From positions 1 to 54,861 of the IMG/VR virus record IMGVR_UViG_3300037963_004246: 54,861 nucleotides of DNA; one strand, 5' to 3'. The stretch is from a virus. Lineage: Duplodnaviria; Caudoviricetes. Made by a program: the position numbers and the translations under genes. Below are positions 29,005 to 38,859 of the stretch, one piece after another. The notes beneath the pieces were generated by a model. The model was not told the origin of the DNA. It did not search any database and worked only from the letters and a program-made list of their open reading frames with translations. The stretch's first letter is position 1; every line of letters starts with the position of its first letter.

Positions 29005-29027
29005 CAGATTACCAATGTTTATAGACC
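29005..29027 (+). promoter_or_regulatory. CAG-N10-TATA promoter
   Basis: CAG ATTACCAATG TTTATAGACC, one mismatch from 25396-25418. Confidence 0.75.
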
Positions 29028-29047
29028 CCTTAAATTTAGGTGATATT

Positions 29048-29380
29048 ATGGCTGGAAGCCCCCAAATGAAGATAGACTACCACATGACTGAAGAAGACGA
29101 TGAGTTGCTTGAAGAAATTATTTCATCAAGCAGCAATATCAATTTGCATATATATCCCACTCATTGGTGGATTGCTGTTTATATTAAATTACCTCTTGTA
29201 AATACACAGGCCTGCTACTACCCTAAGAATTGCATATTTAATTCTGACAGGGAAAACGAAGTGTATAATATGCTTCTCGAAACAAACGCTCGCATTACTG
29301 TTTTCCCATCAACAGACTGCTCACCCAACCCCAATCTATTGATGCTCGCACACGATTGGGAACAGGAGGAAGAAGAATGA
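29048..29380 (+). CDS. Hypothetical protein
   Basis: GGTGA RBS, start MAGSPQ. Confidence 0.55.
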   Translation: MAGSPQMKIDYHMTEEDDELLEEIISSSSNINLHIYPTHWWIAVYIKLPLVNTQACYYPKNCIFNSDRENEVYNMLLETNARITVFPSTDCSPNPNLLMLAHDWEQEEEE

Positions 29381-29451
29381 ATGAAACAATCGCTCAAAAA
29401 TTGCAGAAACAATTAGATGCTATGATTAAAAGAATAGAGGAGGAGGAATGA

Positions 29452-29682
29452 ATGGGTAATACATGGAAAAGCAGACAACCACACAGGGATAAACACGCCC
29501 TGAAAAGAATCAGATTGCGTTATGATAATTGGAAATCTAAATACTCAAGCAATCACTCTAATAGAATAGATTCTCCTAACTACAAGTGGGATGAGGATAG
29601 AGTAAAGAAGTGGTTTGAATCTTTACCTCGCACTATCGCTGACCGTGAGAAATCTTTTGTAAAAGGTGGTAAATTTGAGTAA
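29452..29682 (+). CDS. Small basic hypothetical protein
   Basis: GGAGGAGG RBS. Confidence 0.5.
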   Translation: MGNTWKSRQPHRDKHALKRIRLRYDNWKSKYSSNHSNRIDSPNYKWDEDRVKKWFESLPRTIADREKSFVKGGKFE

Positions 29683-29793
29683 AAGTAAAGCAGAAAGAAT
29701 AGCCAGAAGAAAAGGCAAGACTGAAAGAAAAGCAGAAAGAAGAAGGCTCGCTTATATCGAGAAGAAAAATAACAGAGGTAGTAAGTGGTAATT

Positions 29794-30132
29794 ATGAGTC
29801 GAGCATGGTATCATTCAACATCAGGCGACCCTGCCGAAGACTATTCCCCTCATTGGATAGACGACTACCCTCGATGCCCTCATTGTGATAGGGCAGATAC
29901 TATGGAGTGGCCGACAACCAATTTTTCTGATTACGGAGTCGAGGAATGTAATTGTATGATTATAGAGTTTGCAGATGGAACGTGGGCTAACGAGAATGAC
30001 TTGATGCACCTGAAGGTTGCTTGCACTCGCTGCCACAAAACACTTCCCCCTCATACATACAAACAACATCTTGACCCTGATGACCCAATCCACCAATGCC
30101 CTCACGAAGGAGATGAGATTAATGAAGATTAG
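29794..30132 (+). CDS. Zn-binding hypothetical protein
   Basis: CPHC and CTRC motifs. Confidence 0.55.
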   Translation: MSRAWYHSTSGDPAEDYSPHWIDDYPRCPHCDRADTMEWPTTNFSDYGVEECNCMIIEFADGTWANENDLMHLKVACTRCHKTLPPHTYKQHLDPDDPIHQCPHEGDEINED

Positions 30133-30225
30133 AATTATCTGTAAAGACTGTGGTTATGAAGCCACATTAGAAGAATGGAGTCACGGCCCTGCTGCTGGCC
30201 GTTGTGATTGTATGGAGTGCTGGGC

Positions 30226-30645
30226 ATGAAAGATTATAGAATAACTGACGAATCGAATGAACCGTATGAAGGAGAAGGTGCTGAACAAAAACCAGCAAAG
30301 TATAGATTTGAGGAAATAGAAATACTTTATTCAGACCCTCAAGACCCTTTTTTACATTGGGTTGCTCAAGAATTGATTTCTGAAAAACAAGAGAGATTTA
30401 GACATAAAGTAATTTTGGTTCAAAGTCAGCCAATGCTGCCCTATGATATGGGCTGGGAATCTAAAACGGTTGAGGTTGATGATACAGCACCAAAAGACGT
30501 TTTGTCTGATTATGATGTGGGGGATATAGTGCCTGTGATTACTATTACTGTCCTCGATGAAATAAGAAAGAGAAACAAAGAATTTTCTCGCTTATCATTT
30601 ACTGCCGGAAATATGATGTGGGAGGTGATTGCAGATGAGTTATGA
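30226..30645 (+). CDS. Acidic hypothetical protein
   Basis: Coupled ORF in the operon. Confidence 0.55.
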   Translation: MKDYRITDESNEPYEGEGAEQKPAKYRFEEIEILYSDPQDPFLHWVAQELISEKQERFRHKVILVQSQPMLPYDMGWESKTVEVDDTAPKDVLSDYDVGDIVPVITITVLDEIRKRNKEFSRLSFTAGNMMWEVIADEL

Positions 30646-31105
30646 ACGCCCTACTGATAGAGAGAATGGTAATTGGTGGGTCGGCGACCCCTGTTATGCT
30701 ATACCTGATTCCCGTTGGGAAGAGTTCTGCAATTTACTATTCGCAAAGTCTGATTACAAAAACGATGATTGGCCTGTATTTCTGGATTGGGAACATGACG
30801 GAGATACATATTGTTTAGAAATCTGGAATTCTCCTGGCGGTGATGGTGTTTGGCGTTTCCCCTGGGGAGTTAATCTTGGTGTTGATGCTGGGTTATTATC
30901 TGTATTACCTGAAGATGTGGTGATACCGGCTGATTATGGAGGGTATTGGTTCGTGAAGCAACCATCATTAGAAACCAGCAGTTATGATTACAAAGTATAT
31001 CTCAATGGAAGAGTGGATGATTCATGGGCTGAATGTTATAACTGTGGAGATGAAGTCCAAGCAGATAGTCTCGATGATTCTTGCTATTGTGAGGAGTGTG
31101 CATAG
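30635..31105 (+). CDS. Conserved-type viral hypothetical protein
   Basis: GDPCY...GDG...VDAGLL motif set; GGAGGTGA RBS; C-terminal Zn ribbon. Confidence 0.6.
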   Translation: MSYERPTDRENGNWWVGDPCYAIPDSRWEEFCNLLFAKSDYKNDDWPVFLDWEHDGDTYCLEIWNSPGGDGVWRFPWGVNLGVDAGLLSVLPEDVVIPADYGGYWFVKQPSLETSSYDYKVYLNGRVDDSWAECYNCGDEVQADSLDDSCYCEECA

Positions 31106-31106
31106 T

Positions 31107-31460
31107 ATGAAGACTGAATATCTTAATGTTATAACTATAAGAGAAAAACATGAAAGAGAAGACACAATAGACTCTTTCTTAGAATTTCTAATGGATATGA
31201 GCAGCACTAATTCAGTTCATAGACTATCAATTACTAAAGTCAGGAAAGGTAATGCGCTTTGGTCAGCAACCTATCACCTCAATTTCACAATAAGATTATG
31301 GGGAACGAGCCAATACATTCAGTATAACTATATATTTAATAGGGAGTCAGAAAATTTTTCTAAAAATTTCGCTGCTATTGCTGTTGCGTATGGTAATTGT
31401 GCCGAAGATAAAATGTCTGATTCCGTCAGTATTTTTTTGAGAATGGAGGAAGAAGAGTGA
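31107..31460 (+). CDS. Hypothetical protein
   Basis: Start MKTEYL right after the upstream stop. Confidence 0.5.
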   Translation: MKTEYLNVITIREKHEREDTIDSFLEFLMDMSSTNSVHRLSITKVRKGNALWSATYHLNFTIRLWGTSQYIQYNYIFNRESENFSKNFAAIAVAYGNCAEDKMSDSVSIFLRMEEEE

Positions 31461-31642
31461 AATACTATACTTGTTCTGAATGCCGAAGAAAAATAAAAGC
31501 GTATCTGAAATGCAAAACATCATCACGTTGCGCTCGATGTGCGAGATTGAATCCGATAGCGAATAACTATCCCCCCTCGCCTATTAGTATTAATGAAAAA
31601 AATCCCATAGTGAAAAAACATAATTAGCGGAGATGGGGCGCG

Positions 31643-31694
31643 GTGCTGTGGTTTATTCTTTTTTGAGGTCATTGAAAGAATTGAAAGAATTAAC
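31643..31694 (+). promoter_or_regulatory. 52-bp dispersed element, copy 3
   Basis: GTGCTGTGGTTTATTCTTTTTTGA-N-AAAGAATTGAAAGAATTAAC, upstream of the replication operon. Confidence 0.55.
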
Positions 31695-31738
31695 GTCTGG
31701 TCGAAGTGTTAATAAAGTAGTGAATCTTAGGTGGTTTT

Positions 31739-33088
31739 ATGAGTGATTTAGATATATACGATGAAGTCCTCGACTTCGCCACAAAGAATCACCTCATAGA
31801 TGTTGAAGACAAATTACCTGTGTTTATTTGTTCCATTGGAGCACATTTATTCAATGCAGTTAATAAGTGTTCAATGTGCGACTTTGACCCAGATGATTAC
31901 GAAGACGAGCCAAACGCCTTTACGATACCATACTGCCCTCTAAGACACGAAAACAGACCTATATACACACCAATGTCGAAATTGCCTGATACACGCATTC
32001 ACATCTTAATGAGGGGTATCAAGGGTTCAGGTAAGTCTGTCCTTGTTGATTTCTTTCTGGCTGAACGAAGCGGTTTGCTTTGGTCGGCGAGGGCTTTAGA
32101 AGGCATAGGATTTAATACAGCAATTGGGCCTAACTCTATTACCGAAGCGGGTATGTTTGGCTCAGTTGATGAAGACGGCAATATAACGGGCAGACCTCTT
32201 GCACGAGAGATGTGTGGTGGGTTCTTAGGATTTGAAGAATTTTCTGCATTAACTGATTCAATGGGTAAAGACCATTCAGTTGATATGAAAAATCAGATGC
32301 TAACTTCAACCGATAACGGCAGGGTTAATAAAGCCATGCGTAGCGGCTGGGTTAGATATAATACTCGATATACGATTTGGGCTGGGACACAACCTTCTCG
32401 GTTTGAATTGGAATCTGGACTTGACCGCAGGTTCTTCATTATTGAAATTGATATGGATTCTGAGAAAGAATTTATATTCAAAGCGGCTCAAGCCCGACAA
32501 TCTAATATGAATACTGACGATAGAATACATCTTGCTGAACAGTCAAGTCGTATCAAAGATTGGTTCGTTCAGCGACAGATTGAAGTTATGTGCGACCCAC
32601 CAACAGGTGTTTATTTTTCAGACAACCTTAGTGAATGGCTTGCACGACCTGAAGTGCGTTCCTTTGAATCAGACCTATTCCGTAGGCTCGCACTTGGATA
32701 CCACATGATGCAGCCTAAGTGGGAGTGGGGTGGTAAAATTATGCTCGTTGATTTAGACGATAGGCTTACTGACCTGTTAAATTCATCATTGCGTATGAGG
32801 CGTAATGTTATGGATGCCGACCTTCAACTCATCAGGACTACTTTCTGGATGAAGGATATGCCTAAATCCACTCTTGTTAAAGAAGTGGCTCGTATGGTGA
32901 CTATGGGAGATTATCAATCGGCTCGCCGTTGGATAGAAGAAACATTAGTAGGGCAGCCCTGGTATTCCGAATTCACGCCTCAAAAAGAAGGTAGGGGCAG
33001 ACGTGGTATAACTTGCAGGTTTGGCCCTAAGACTACTCCAAAAGAAGCGGCGGCTAAGAAGCAGATTAAGTGGGGTGAGCAACAATGA
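31739..33088 (+). CDS. MCM-like AAA+ ATPase/helicase
   Basis: HILMRGIKGSGKS Walker A, ITEAGMFGSV, LGFEEF Walker B, GLDRRF arginine finger. Confidence 0.7.
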   Translation: MSDLDIYDEVLDFATKNHLIDVEDKLPVFICSIGAHLFNAVNKCSMCDFDPDDYEDEPNAFTIPYCPLRHENRPIYTPMSKLPDTRIHILMRGIKGSGKSVLVDFFLAERSGLLWSARALEGIGFNTAIGPNSITEAGMFGSVDEDGNITGRPLAREMCGGFLGFEEFSALTDSMGKDHSVDMKNQMLTSTDNGRVNKAMRSGWVRYNTRYTIWAGTQPSRFELESGLDRRFFIIEIDMDSEKEFIFKAAQARQSNMNTDDRIHLAEQSSRIKDWFVQRQIEVMCDPPTGVYFSDNLSEWLARPEVRSFESDLFRRLALGYHMMQPKWEWGGKIMLVDLDDRLTDLLNSSLRMRRNVMDADLQLIRTTFWMKDMPKSTLVKEVARMVTMGDYQSARRWIEETLVGQPWYSEFTPQKEGRGRRGITCRFGPKTTPKEAAAKKQIKWGEQQ

Positions 33089-33253
33089 ACGAGTTTATAG
33101 GTGGTTGGTGGATATATACCCAACTCAATGACCCTGCAAGTAGGATAGTGGGATACGTTCAGTCAAATATGATACACCCGCCTGAACTGTTCGGGGAAGC
33201 GTTGCCTTTAGATAGAGTAATACTCATTGAAGAGTTAGATATTAGGAGTTGGA

Positions 33254-33643
33254 ATGTTGTTCGATGATGACGATTGGGATACAGAAGACAGTCCATTATA
33301 TGAAGAAGCATTTTATTCTGATTTACCGCAAGAGTTAGAATTCATACTAACAACAGAACCAGACTATGAAGGTTTTTGTGTTGATGTGTATAATACTGAA
33401 TATACTATTACCTTTGATGAAGACGGAGTTAAAACAATACCTTCGGGTTGTCTGGTGATAACTAAGGATAGGGCTATATCCCTGTCTATGTATAGAATGC
33501 TCAAGATTGGTTTTGGTGTATCGGAAAAATTCCAATACAGAACAGTTTCTCAAGATGTTGCTAATGTCTGGATTAAGTGGGATATGGATTTGCGACAGGA
33601 CATACACGATGGAGTCCTGAAAGACGATGGGGATATAGTATGA
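33254..33643 (+). CDS. Acidic hypothetical protein
   Basis: 129 aa with AGGAG RBS. Confidence 0.55.
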   Translation: MLFDDDDWDTEDSPLYEEAFYSDLPQELEFILTTEPDYEGFCVDVYNTEYTITFDEDGVKTIPSGCLVITKDRAISLSMYRMLKIGFGVSEKFQYRTVSQDVANVWIKWDMDLRQDIHDGVLKDDGDIV

Positions 33644-34254
33644 AGAACAGGGAACAAATCAGAGAAAGAATGGTATCTGAAGAAGACGATTCCATAGTCG
33701 AGGCCTTAATGTGGGTTCTCGAGGATGACGGTTGCGCTTTTTGTTCTCACCCACAAAGAAGGGATATTGAGATGCGTATTAGGTCTGGTCAATCAACAGG
33801 CACATTCATAGAAACCAAATTGCGCTGGCCTACAGGAACTGTGCGTAGCCACATGGATTCTCACTTAGGGGCAGACCCTGTTGAAGAAGCCTATGTTGAA
33901 AATATGAGGAAAGAAACAATCAATACGCTAAATTCAGCCGAAGCCGTTGTTGAGAGAATACAATCTTATCTCGATGAATGGGAAGAGCAAAAAGACATTC
34001 ACGGTATGGATGCTGAGTGGGTTGCTATGGCTACGAGCCTCACAAGAGAACTCAAGGGTGGTCTAAAGTTAGTCGGACAACTCAAGAAGGAAATAGGAGT
34101 CGAATCTCAAATACTTTTGATGCGTGGGCGGCAGGATGCCCTCATGCGTATATTGATTCACGAATTAGAGGGATACCCTAACGTATTAGATAACATACAC
34201 AGGGAAATGTTGATGCTGGAAGCACCAATAGATGTCGAGGGGACTGTTCTATGA
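33640..34254 (+). CDS. Zn/HTH plus coiled-coil protein (terminase small subunit candidate)
   Basis: CAFCSHPQR..IE...G....TVRSHM..H followed by helices; function is inference. Confidence 0.45.
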   Translation: MKNREQIRERMVSEEDDSIVEALMWVLEDDGCAFCSHPQRRDIEMRIRSGQSTGTFIETKLRWPTGTVRSHMDSHLGADPVEEAYVENMRKETINTLNSAEAVVERIQSYLDEWEEQKDIHGMDAEWVAMATSLTRELKGGLKLVGQLKKEIGVESQILLMRGRQDALMRILIHELEGYPNVLDNIHREMLMLEAPIDVEGTVL

Positions 34255-34511
34255 TGAAGCGTAAAAGACGACTCGTGGCTCGGTATATCCATAAGACTGA
34301 ATATCCTAAATTGATTCAAGAAATGTCTGATGATGGCCTAATCTGCCTAATTACTCCGAAAGGCTTAAGGTGGTATTCAGGCCGATACGTTGTGAATGCT
34401 AAAGAGGTGTATAGCGTATGGGGTCTGACGAAAGCGCAATATGCGAGGCTAAGAGATTACATTATAGCCAGAAATCCCTGGGGGTCTATGGATGACTTCA
34501 TCACCGGATGA
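34251..34511 (+). CDS. Hypothetical protein
   Basis: Coupled ORF. Confidence 0.5.
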   Translation: MMKRKRRLVARYIHKTEYPKLIQEMSDDGLICLITPKGLRWYSGRYVVNAKEVYSVWGLTKAQYARLRDYIIARNPWGSMDDFITG

Positions 34512-34684
34512 GGGTTTTGAGGTGGTGCAAGGGTTGTATGAGGAATTCGTTAGGTCTGCTCTTGAAGAAAACCCATCCTTCTTCCTCGAGCACAAAGATG
34601 CTAACGATGTTGCCTCAACCTTTTGGTTCTGGATGGAAAATTTTGTTGTGAGAGATTTAGGGCAGGTTATGTTGGAGTGATAAC

Positions 34685-35356
34685 ATGGGTATAATCATAT
34701 TTACTGCTGACGATAAGAATTTCCGTAAAGGAGATTTTGTTGTTATGCACAACGAATTGTCCTCACCACCAACAGCACCAGACACCACATACATACTACA
34801 CAGCAACACCTTCAAGGATGCTGATGTGACTGTGTGGCTACCTGTCGTATCACATAGACTTGTTGTTGTCTGCAACAAAGCACCCACCATTTCAGTAAAG
34901 AATCAAGATTCTGTAATCATAGACAGCAACCTAACGGTGCGTAAAGAATCCTATACTCGACAGATAAAGGCTTGGTATAATTGGACTGATAGGTTGCGAG
35001 TGCTACCTATGGTTCGCCAAGTCCCAATCCCCCTGATGTTGGCTTTCTTCAGAAGAAACCACATATCCGAAATAGAGGCTGCTCGACTAATCGCTGACGC
35101 ATCTTTTCAGTTACCTGATTTGTATGTCGAGTCTGTATTATCTTATCATTTACCTGCAAAGACGGGTAGGGTTGAATACCCTGCAAAGACAATCAAACCG
35201 TCTGACCCACCATTTCAGTTTAGGTCAAGCGACCTCTATGCCGATACACTACTTCGACACGCTCCTGAAGTGCAAAATATGATAAGGGCTCACGACGCAG
35301 CAGAATTACCGAAGGGAATCCCGAAGACCCCTAAGAATCTGCTGGAATGGTTGTAA
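34685..35356 (+). CDS. Hypothetical protein
   Basis: 223 aa, GGAGTGA RBS. Confidence 0.6.
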   Translation: MGIIIFTADDKNFRKGDFVVMHNELSSPPTAPDTTYILHSNTFKDADVTVWLPVVSHRLVVVCNKAPTISVKNQDSVIIDSNLTVRKESYTRQIKAWYNWTDRLRVLPMVRQVPIPLMLAFFRRNHISEIEAARLIADASFQLPDLYVESVLSYHLPAKTGRVEYPAKTIKPSDPPFQFRSSDLYADTLLRHAPEVQNMIRAHDAAELPKGIPKTPKNLLEWL

Positions 35357-35541
35357 TGGACTTATGGATACCTGTTCTCCTTTTGATGCTACTATCATTT
35401 TGGGCTGGTCTTCAAGCAGGATATTTGCTTTCATCTTTCAATCCTAAGAAATATGACGCACAACATCTATCACCGAAGAGGTCTGAGCCGTCTGAATCTA
35501 ATGACGGTATGTTCTGGGCATCAATGTTCCAACAGACTTAA
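35347..35541 (+). CDS. Small membrane protein
   Basis: N-terminal hydrophobic helix. Confidence 0.5.
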   Translation: MVVMDLWIPVLLLMLLSFWAGLQAGYLLSSFNPKKYDAQHLSPKRSEPSESNDGMFWASMFQQT

Positions 35542-35565
35542 GGATACTGAGTTCTCCGAAGGGTC

Positions 35566-36000
35566 GTGGCGAAACCATACAAGCGAAAGGCCTCGAGTTC
35601 ATGTGGTAATAATTCTCGTTTGAGAAGAATGATATTAGAGATTCTGTTTTACTATGGGCCTATGACTCGATATGAGATAATGTCTAAATTATCTTATTGG
35701 GATAACAAAGTGCAGCCCAGCGCACAAGTGCTTTCCAGCCTTCTAACAAAGACTCAAGCCATTGTTCAGGTTGGAACAGACAAAGTAGCATCAAATACAG
35801 GTCGCATGAAAACAAAACCTACTTTCGATATAGACAGGAGATACATAGAAGAAACCAGCGATATAATATATTGTCTGCCTAAGTCATCTCTTTATGCCTA
35901 TGAAAAGAGTAGAGCCGTGATGTGTAATTCATGTAAGAGATTCAGAATCCCCTGGGAAGATGAAACCTGCCTACGTTGTATCAGAACGGATGATTTATAG
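35566..36000 (+). CDS. Winged-helix protein with C-terminal Zn ribbon
   Basis: RLRRMILEILFYYGPMTRYEI...PSAQVLSSLL; CNSC...CLRC. Confidence 0.6.
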   Translation: MAKPYKRKASSSCGNNSRLRRMILEILFYYGPMTRYEIMSKLSYWDNKVQPSAQVLSSLLTKTQAIVQVGTDKVASNTGRMKTKPTFDIDRRYIEETSDIIYCLPKSSLYAYEKSRAVMCNSCKRFRIPWEDETCLRCIRTDDL

Positions 36001-36022
36001 ACCTATGAAAAGACGAAGCCAC

Positions 36023-36574
36023 ATGGAAATCGTGGGCCTTTGCGGAAACATGAAGTCTGGAAAAACGACAATCGCTAATATGCTGAAGTATAATTATCCT
36101 GATAAGATAATAATAATGTCCTTTGCCTATGCCGTTAGACAACAGGTAGCGTCTGGTATGGGAATAACATACAATGAATTGCTGGATATACCTAAGAATA
36201 CTATCAGACCTATTCTTCAAGCATGGGGCAACCAGATGAGGGAAATATGGGGCGAAGATTATTGGGTTGAGGCTCTTCAACAAGAAATAGAATACTTATC
36301 ACCAACAGGCAATGTAGTGTATGTAATAGATGATGTGAGATACATTAACGAAGTCGAGTGGATTATAGATAACGGCGGTTATGTATTCCACCTCAATTGT
36401 GATGAAGAAACACGAGTAGCAAGAGGCGCTGACCCCCAACATTTGCACCATAAATCAGAAACAGACTTAGACAATTTTTATTCATACCACCTCGAATTAG
36501 ATACTGCTAACACCCCACCGGAGTTAGTCTATCTGAAAATACTTGAGGTGCTAAAGGATGGGGAAATCGTCTGA
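36023..36574 (+). CDS. Deoxynucleoside monophosphate kinase-like protein
   Basis: IVGLCGNMKSGKTT P-loop, SFA, R.ILQ.WG...R, IDDVRY.NE, H.SE; TTTATAGACC upstream. Confidence 0.8.
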   Translation: MEIVGLCGNMKSGKTTIANMLKYNYPDKIIIMSFAYAVRQQVASGMGITYNELLDIPKNTIRPILQAWGNQMREIWGEDYWVEALQQEIEYLSPTGNVVYVIDDVRYINEVEWIIDNGGYVFHLNCDEETRVARGADPQHLHHKSETDLDNFYSYHLELDTANTPPELVYLKILEVLKDGEIV

Positions 36575-36706
36575 TTGGTGCGGGTATTGTAGCAGGTGTA
36601 AGAAATGGAGGCACGAAGACCACGTTATAGAGAATGTGGTATCGAGCACATTGTATTGTTGTTTTTGTGGGACAGCACTATCAGAGAAGCCAGGAGGTTT
36701 TAAGGC

Positions 36707-37618
36707 ATGGTAAAACAATTATGGGTTGAAAAATACAGACCAGAGAAAGTCGAAGAAGTATTGGGTCAAGAGCAAATAGTAGCGGAAATACGCTCATTGA
36801 TAGAATCAGATAATATGCAACATTTCATATTCTATTCTCCAGAACCAGGAACAGGTAAGACTTCTATGGCTCACGCTATCGCTAAGGAGTTAGATTACCA
36901 AGTCCATAGGTTTAATGCCTCTTCCAAGAAACAGCGTGGTATAGAATTCGTTGAAGAGGACATAGCACCTTTATCTCGACTCGGACAATGGGAAACCATA
37001 TTCCTTCTTGACGAGGCCGATAGGATTACTGTTCAAGCCCAAGATGCTCTCAAGGGTGTTATAGAGGATGCTCAAGGTTATTTCATTCTTACCTGCAACG
37101 ACCTAAGCAGGGTTAGCACATGGCTTCAGTCTCGTTGCCAAGTGAGGCACTTCAAGCCAATAGGTCAAGAAATCATCTCCAAACAGTTAGCAAAGATTGC
37201 TGCTTCGGAAGGTGTCGAGGTAAATGATAGTGATATACGAGCCATAGCCAAACACCATGATGGCGACCTGCGAAATGCTATTTCAGCATTACAATCATAC
37301 TCTTGTTTGCCCCCAACCGAAGCGGAACAATTCATACGCTCGCTGTATGTATCATCTATTGATTGTGCTAAATTCCTTAAACTCGCTTTCAAGGAGAAGG
37401 CTATGGAATCAGCCTACTCCATGTTAGACCTAACATCTCCCCGTAAGTCAATACAGGCTATCTTTGAATTCGGAGTAACATCTCCGTCTTCTCACGATGC
37501 TAAACTCACTTTGATTGAATCTTCAATCATTGCTGAAAGGGATTTGATTAACGGGGTCGAGCCGACCATTGCTCTATGGAATTATGTGCGACTCTTAACG
37601 GAATCAAAGCATTTATAG
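36707..37618 (+). CDS. rfcS: Replication factor C small subunit (clamp loader)
   Basis: WVEKYRP, PGTGKTS, NAS..RG, LDEAD, QSRC, GDLR.AI. Confidence 0.92.
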   Translation: MVKQLWVEKYRPEKVEEVLGQEQIVAEIRSLIESDNMQHFIFYSPEPGTGKTSMAHAIAKELDYQVHRFNASSKKQRGIEFVEEDIAPLSRLGQWETIFLLDEADRITVQAQDALKGVIEDAQGYFILTCNDLSRVSTWLQSRCQVRHFKPIGQEIISKQLAKIAASEGVEVNDSDIRAIAKHHDGDLRNAISALQSYSCLPPTEAEQFIRSLYVSSIDCAKFLKLAFKEKAMESAYSMLDLTSPRKSIQAIFEFGVTSPSSHDAKLTLIESSIIAERDLINGVEPTIALWNYVRLLTESKHL

Positions 37619-37659
37619 ACCTAAAAGTGTTGGCTCAAAATAGCCCAAAGGGGGCGTGA

Positions 37660-38859
37660 TTGAATATGTCGAATCTGGAAAACGTAGCAAAACAAATTGG
37701 GGTTTCAACAGACTCCTTGAATGCAAGAATCGCTGAAGTCCTTGATAGTCAAGGCTCAGCATGGACTGCGGCGGGCCGCAATAGTGATGAACAAAACACT
37801 ATGGCTCTCCGAGTTGCCGCAAGGCAATTATCAAGCGAGCGTGCTCGCATACAATCTTCCGGTTGTTCTCGGATAGATGGTATGTTTGTCGCTGTTCCGC
37901 CTAAGAAGGATTGGGCGAGCATGGCTTATAGAAAGATGGCCGTTACTCTAAACGGTAATTCTGATATGCGGGATAATCTCGTATCATCTGGTGAAATCAT
38001 TTACTACATCAATAACGGTGATGGCTCTTTCACAAAGAACCACAACCCTACTCTAACACTAAAGCAACCATTTGAAGCAGACATGGATTCAACAACCGTT
38101 GATAAAGTGCCTGAGCGTTCCGTTGAATTAGACAACGGGGATTACTTCTCTTTGGTATGGGAAAAGGGAGTGCCGACTTTACCATCTGGTGACTCCAATT
38201 GGAAATACGGTGCGCCTCGCCCACTTAACGAACCCGAAAGGAGTTGTAAATTCTTAGGAGTCGTTGATGGCGGCGAATTAACTATGTTCAGCGTTAGACT
38301 TCAAGGCGACTTAGCCTCAAAGTCATACCCAACATTTACTCCAGGTTATATTGCTGCAAAGGTCGGTAAAAACGATACTCTATGGGGCAAAGCCGGAGTC
38401 ACCTCATTTGAACCAGATGCTAATGTAGCATCTATATTCCCAGGACCTCCGCTGTCTATCGGTGAAAACGGACCTGAAGGTATCATCCCTCAAATGGTTA
38501 CTGAATTTATCGGCGGTTTGGGTGATATGAGAACATACCATGATGCTCACCGTGAAGATGAGGATTGGTGGGGACAGACCATTGCTACTATCGTTGAAGT
38601 AGTCCAGATTGACCCTCGAGAGAATGGTGGTTGGACTGTAACTGTTGGTGATTTAGATATTCTGTCTGAAGCACCGACTATGGATATCTGGCTACCAAAG
38701 GGTGACCTCGACTTTGGCGTAGGTTCTGAAATGGTAATCATGGGTGCTCCCTGGAAAACCAGAGATACCGACGAAATGCGACTTTCACTACATGGCTGGT
38801 GGGTCAGCGATTCTATCGCACCTACTCCGTCAGATGACCTTGCGGGGTGGGATGAGTGA
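37660..38859 (+). CDS. Putative ssDNA-binding (RPA-like, OB-fold) protein
   Basis: Beta-rich, acidic-aromatic tail DDLAGWDE, position in the replication module. Confidence 0.5.
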   Translation: MNMSNLENVAKQIGVSTDSLNARIAEVLDSQGSAWTAAGRNSDEQNTMALRVAARQLSSERARIQSSGCSRIDGMFVAVPPKKDWASMAYRKMAVTLNGNSDMRDNLVSSGEIIYYINNGDGSFTKNHNPTLTLKQPFEADMDSTTVDKVPERSVELDNGDYFSLVWEKGVPTLPSGDSNWKYGAPRPLNEPERSCKFLGVVDGGELTMFSVRLQGDLASKSYPTFTPGYIAAKVGKNDTLWGKAGVTSFEPDANVASIFPGPPLSIGENGPEGIIPQMVTEFIGGLGDMRTYHDAHREDEDWWGQTIATIVEVVQIDPRENGGWTVTVGDLDILSEAPTMDIWLPKGDLDFGVGSEMVIMGAPWKTRDTDEMRLSLHGWWVSDSIAPTPSDDLAGWDE

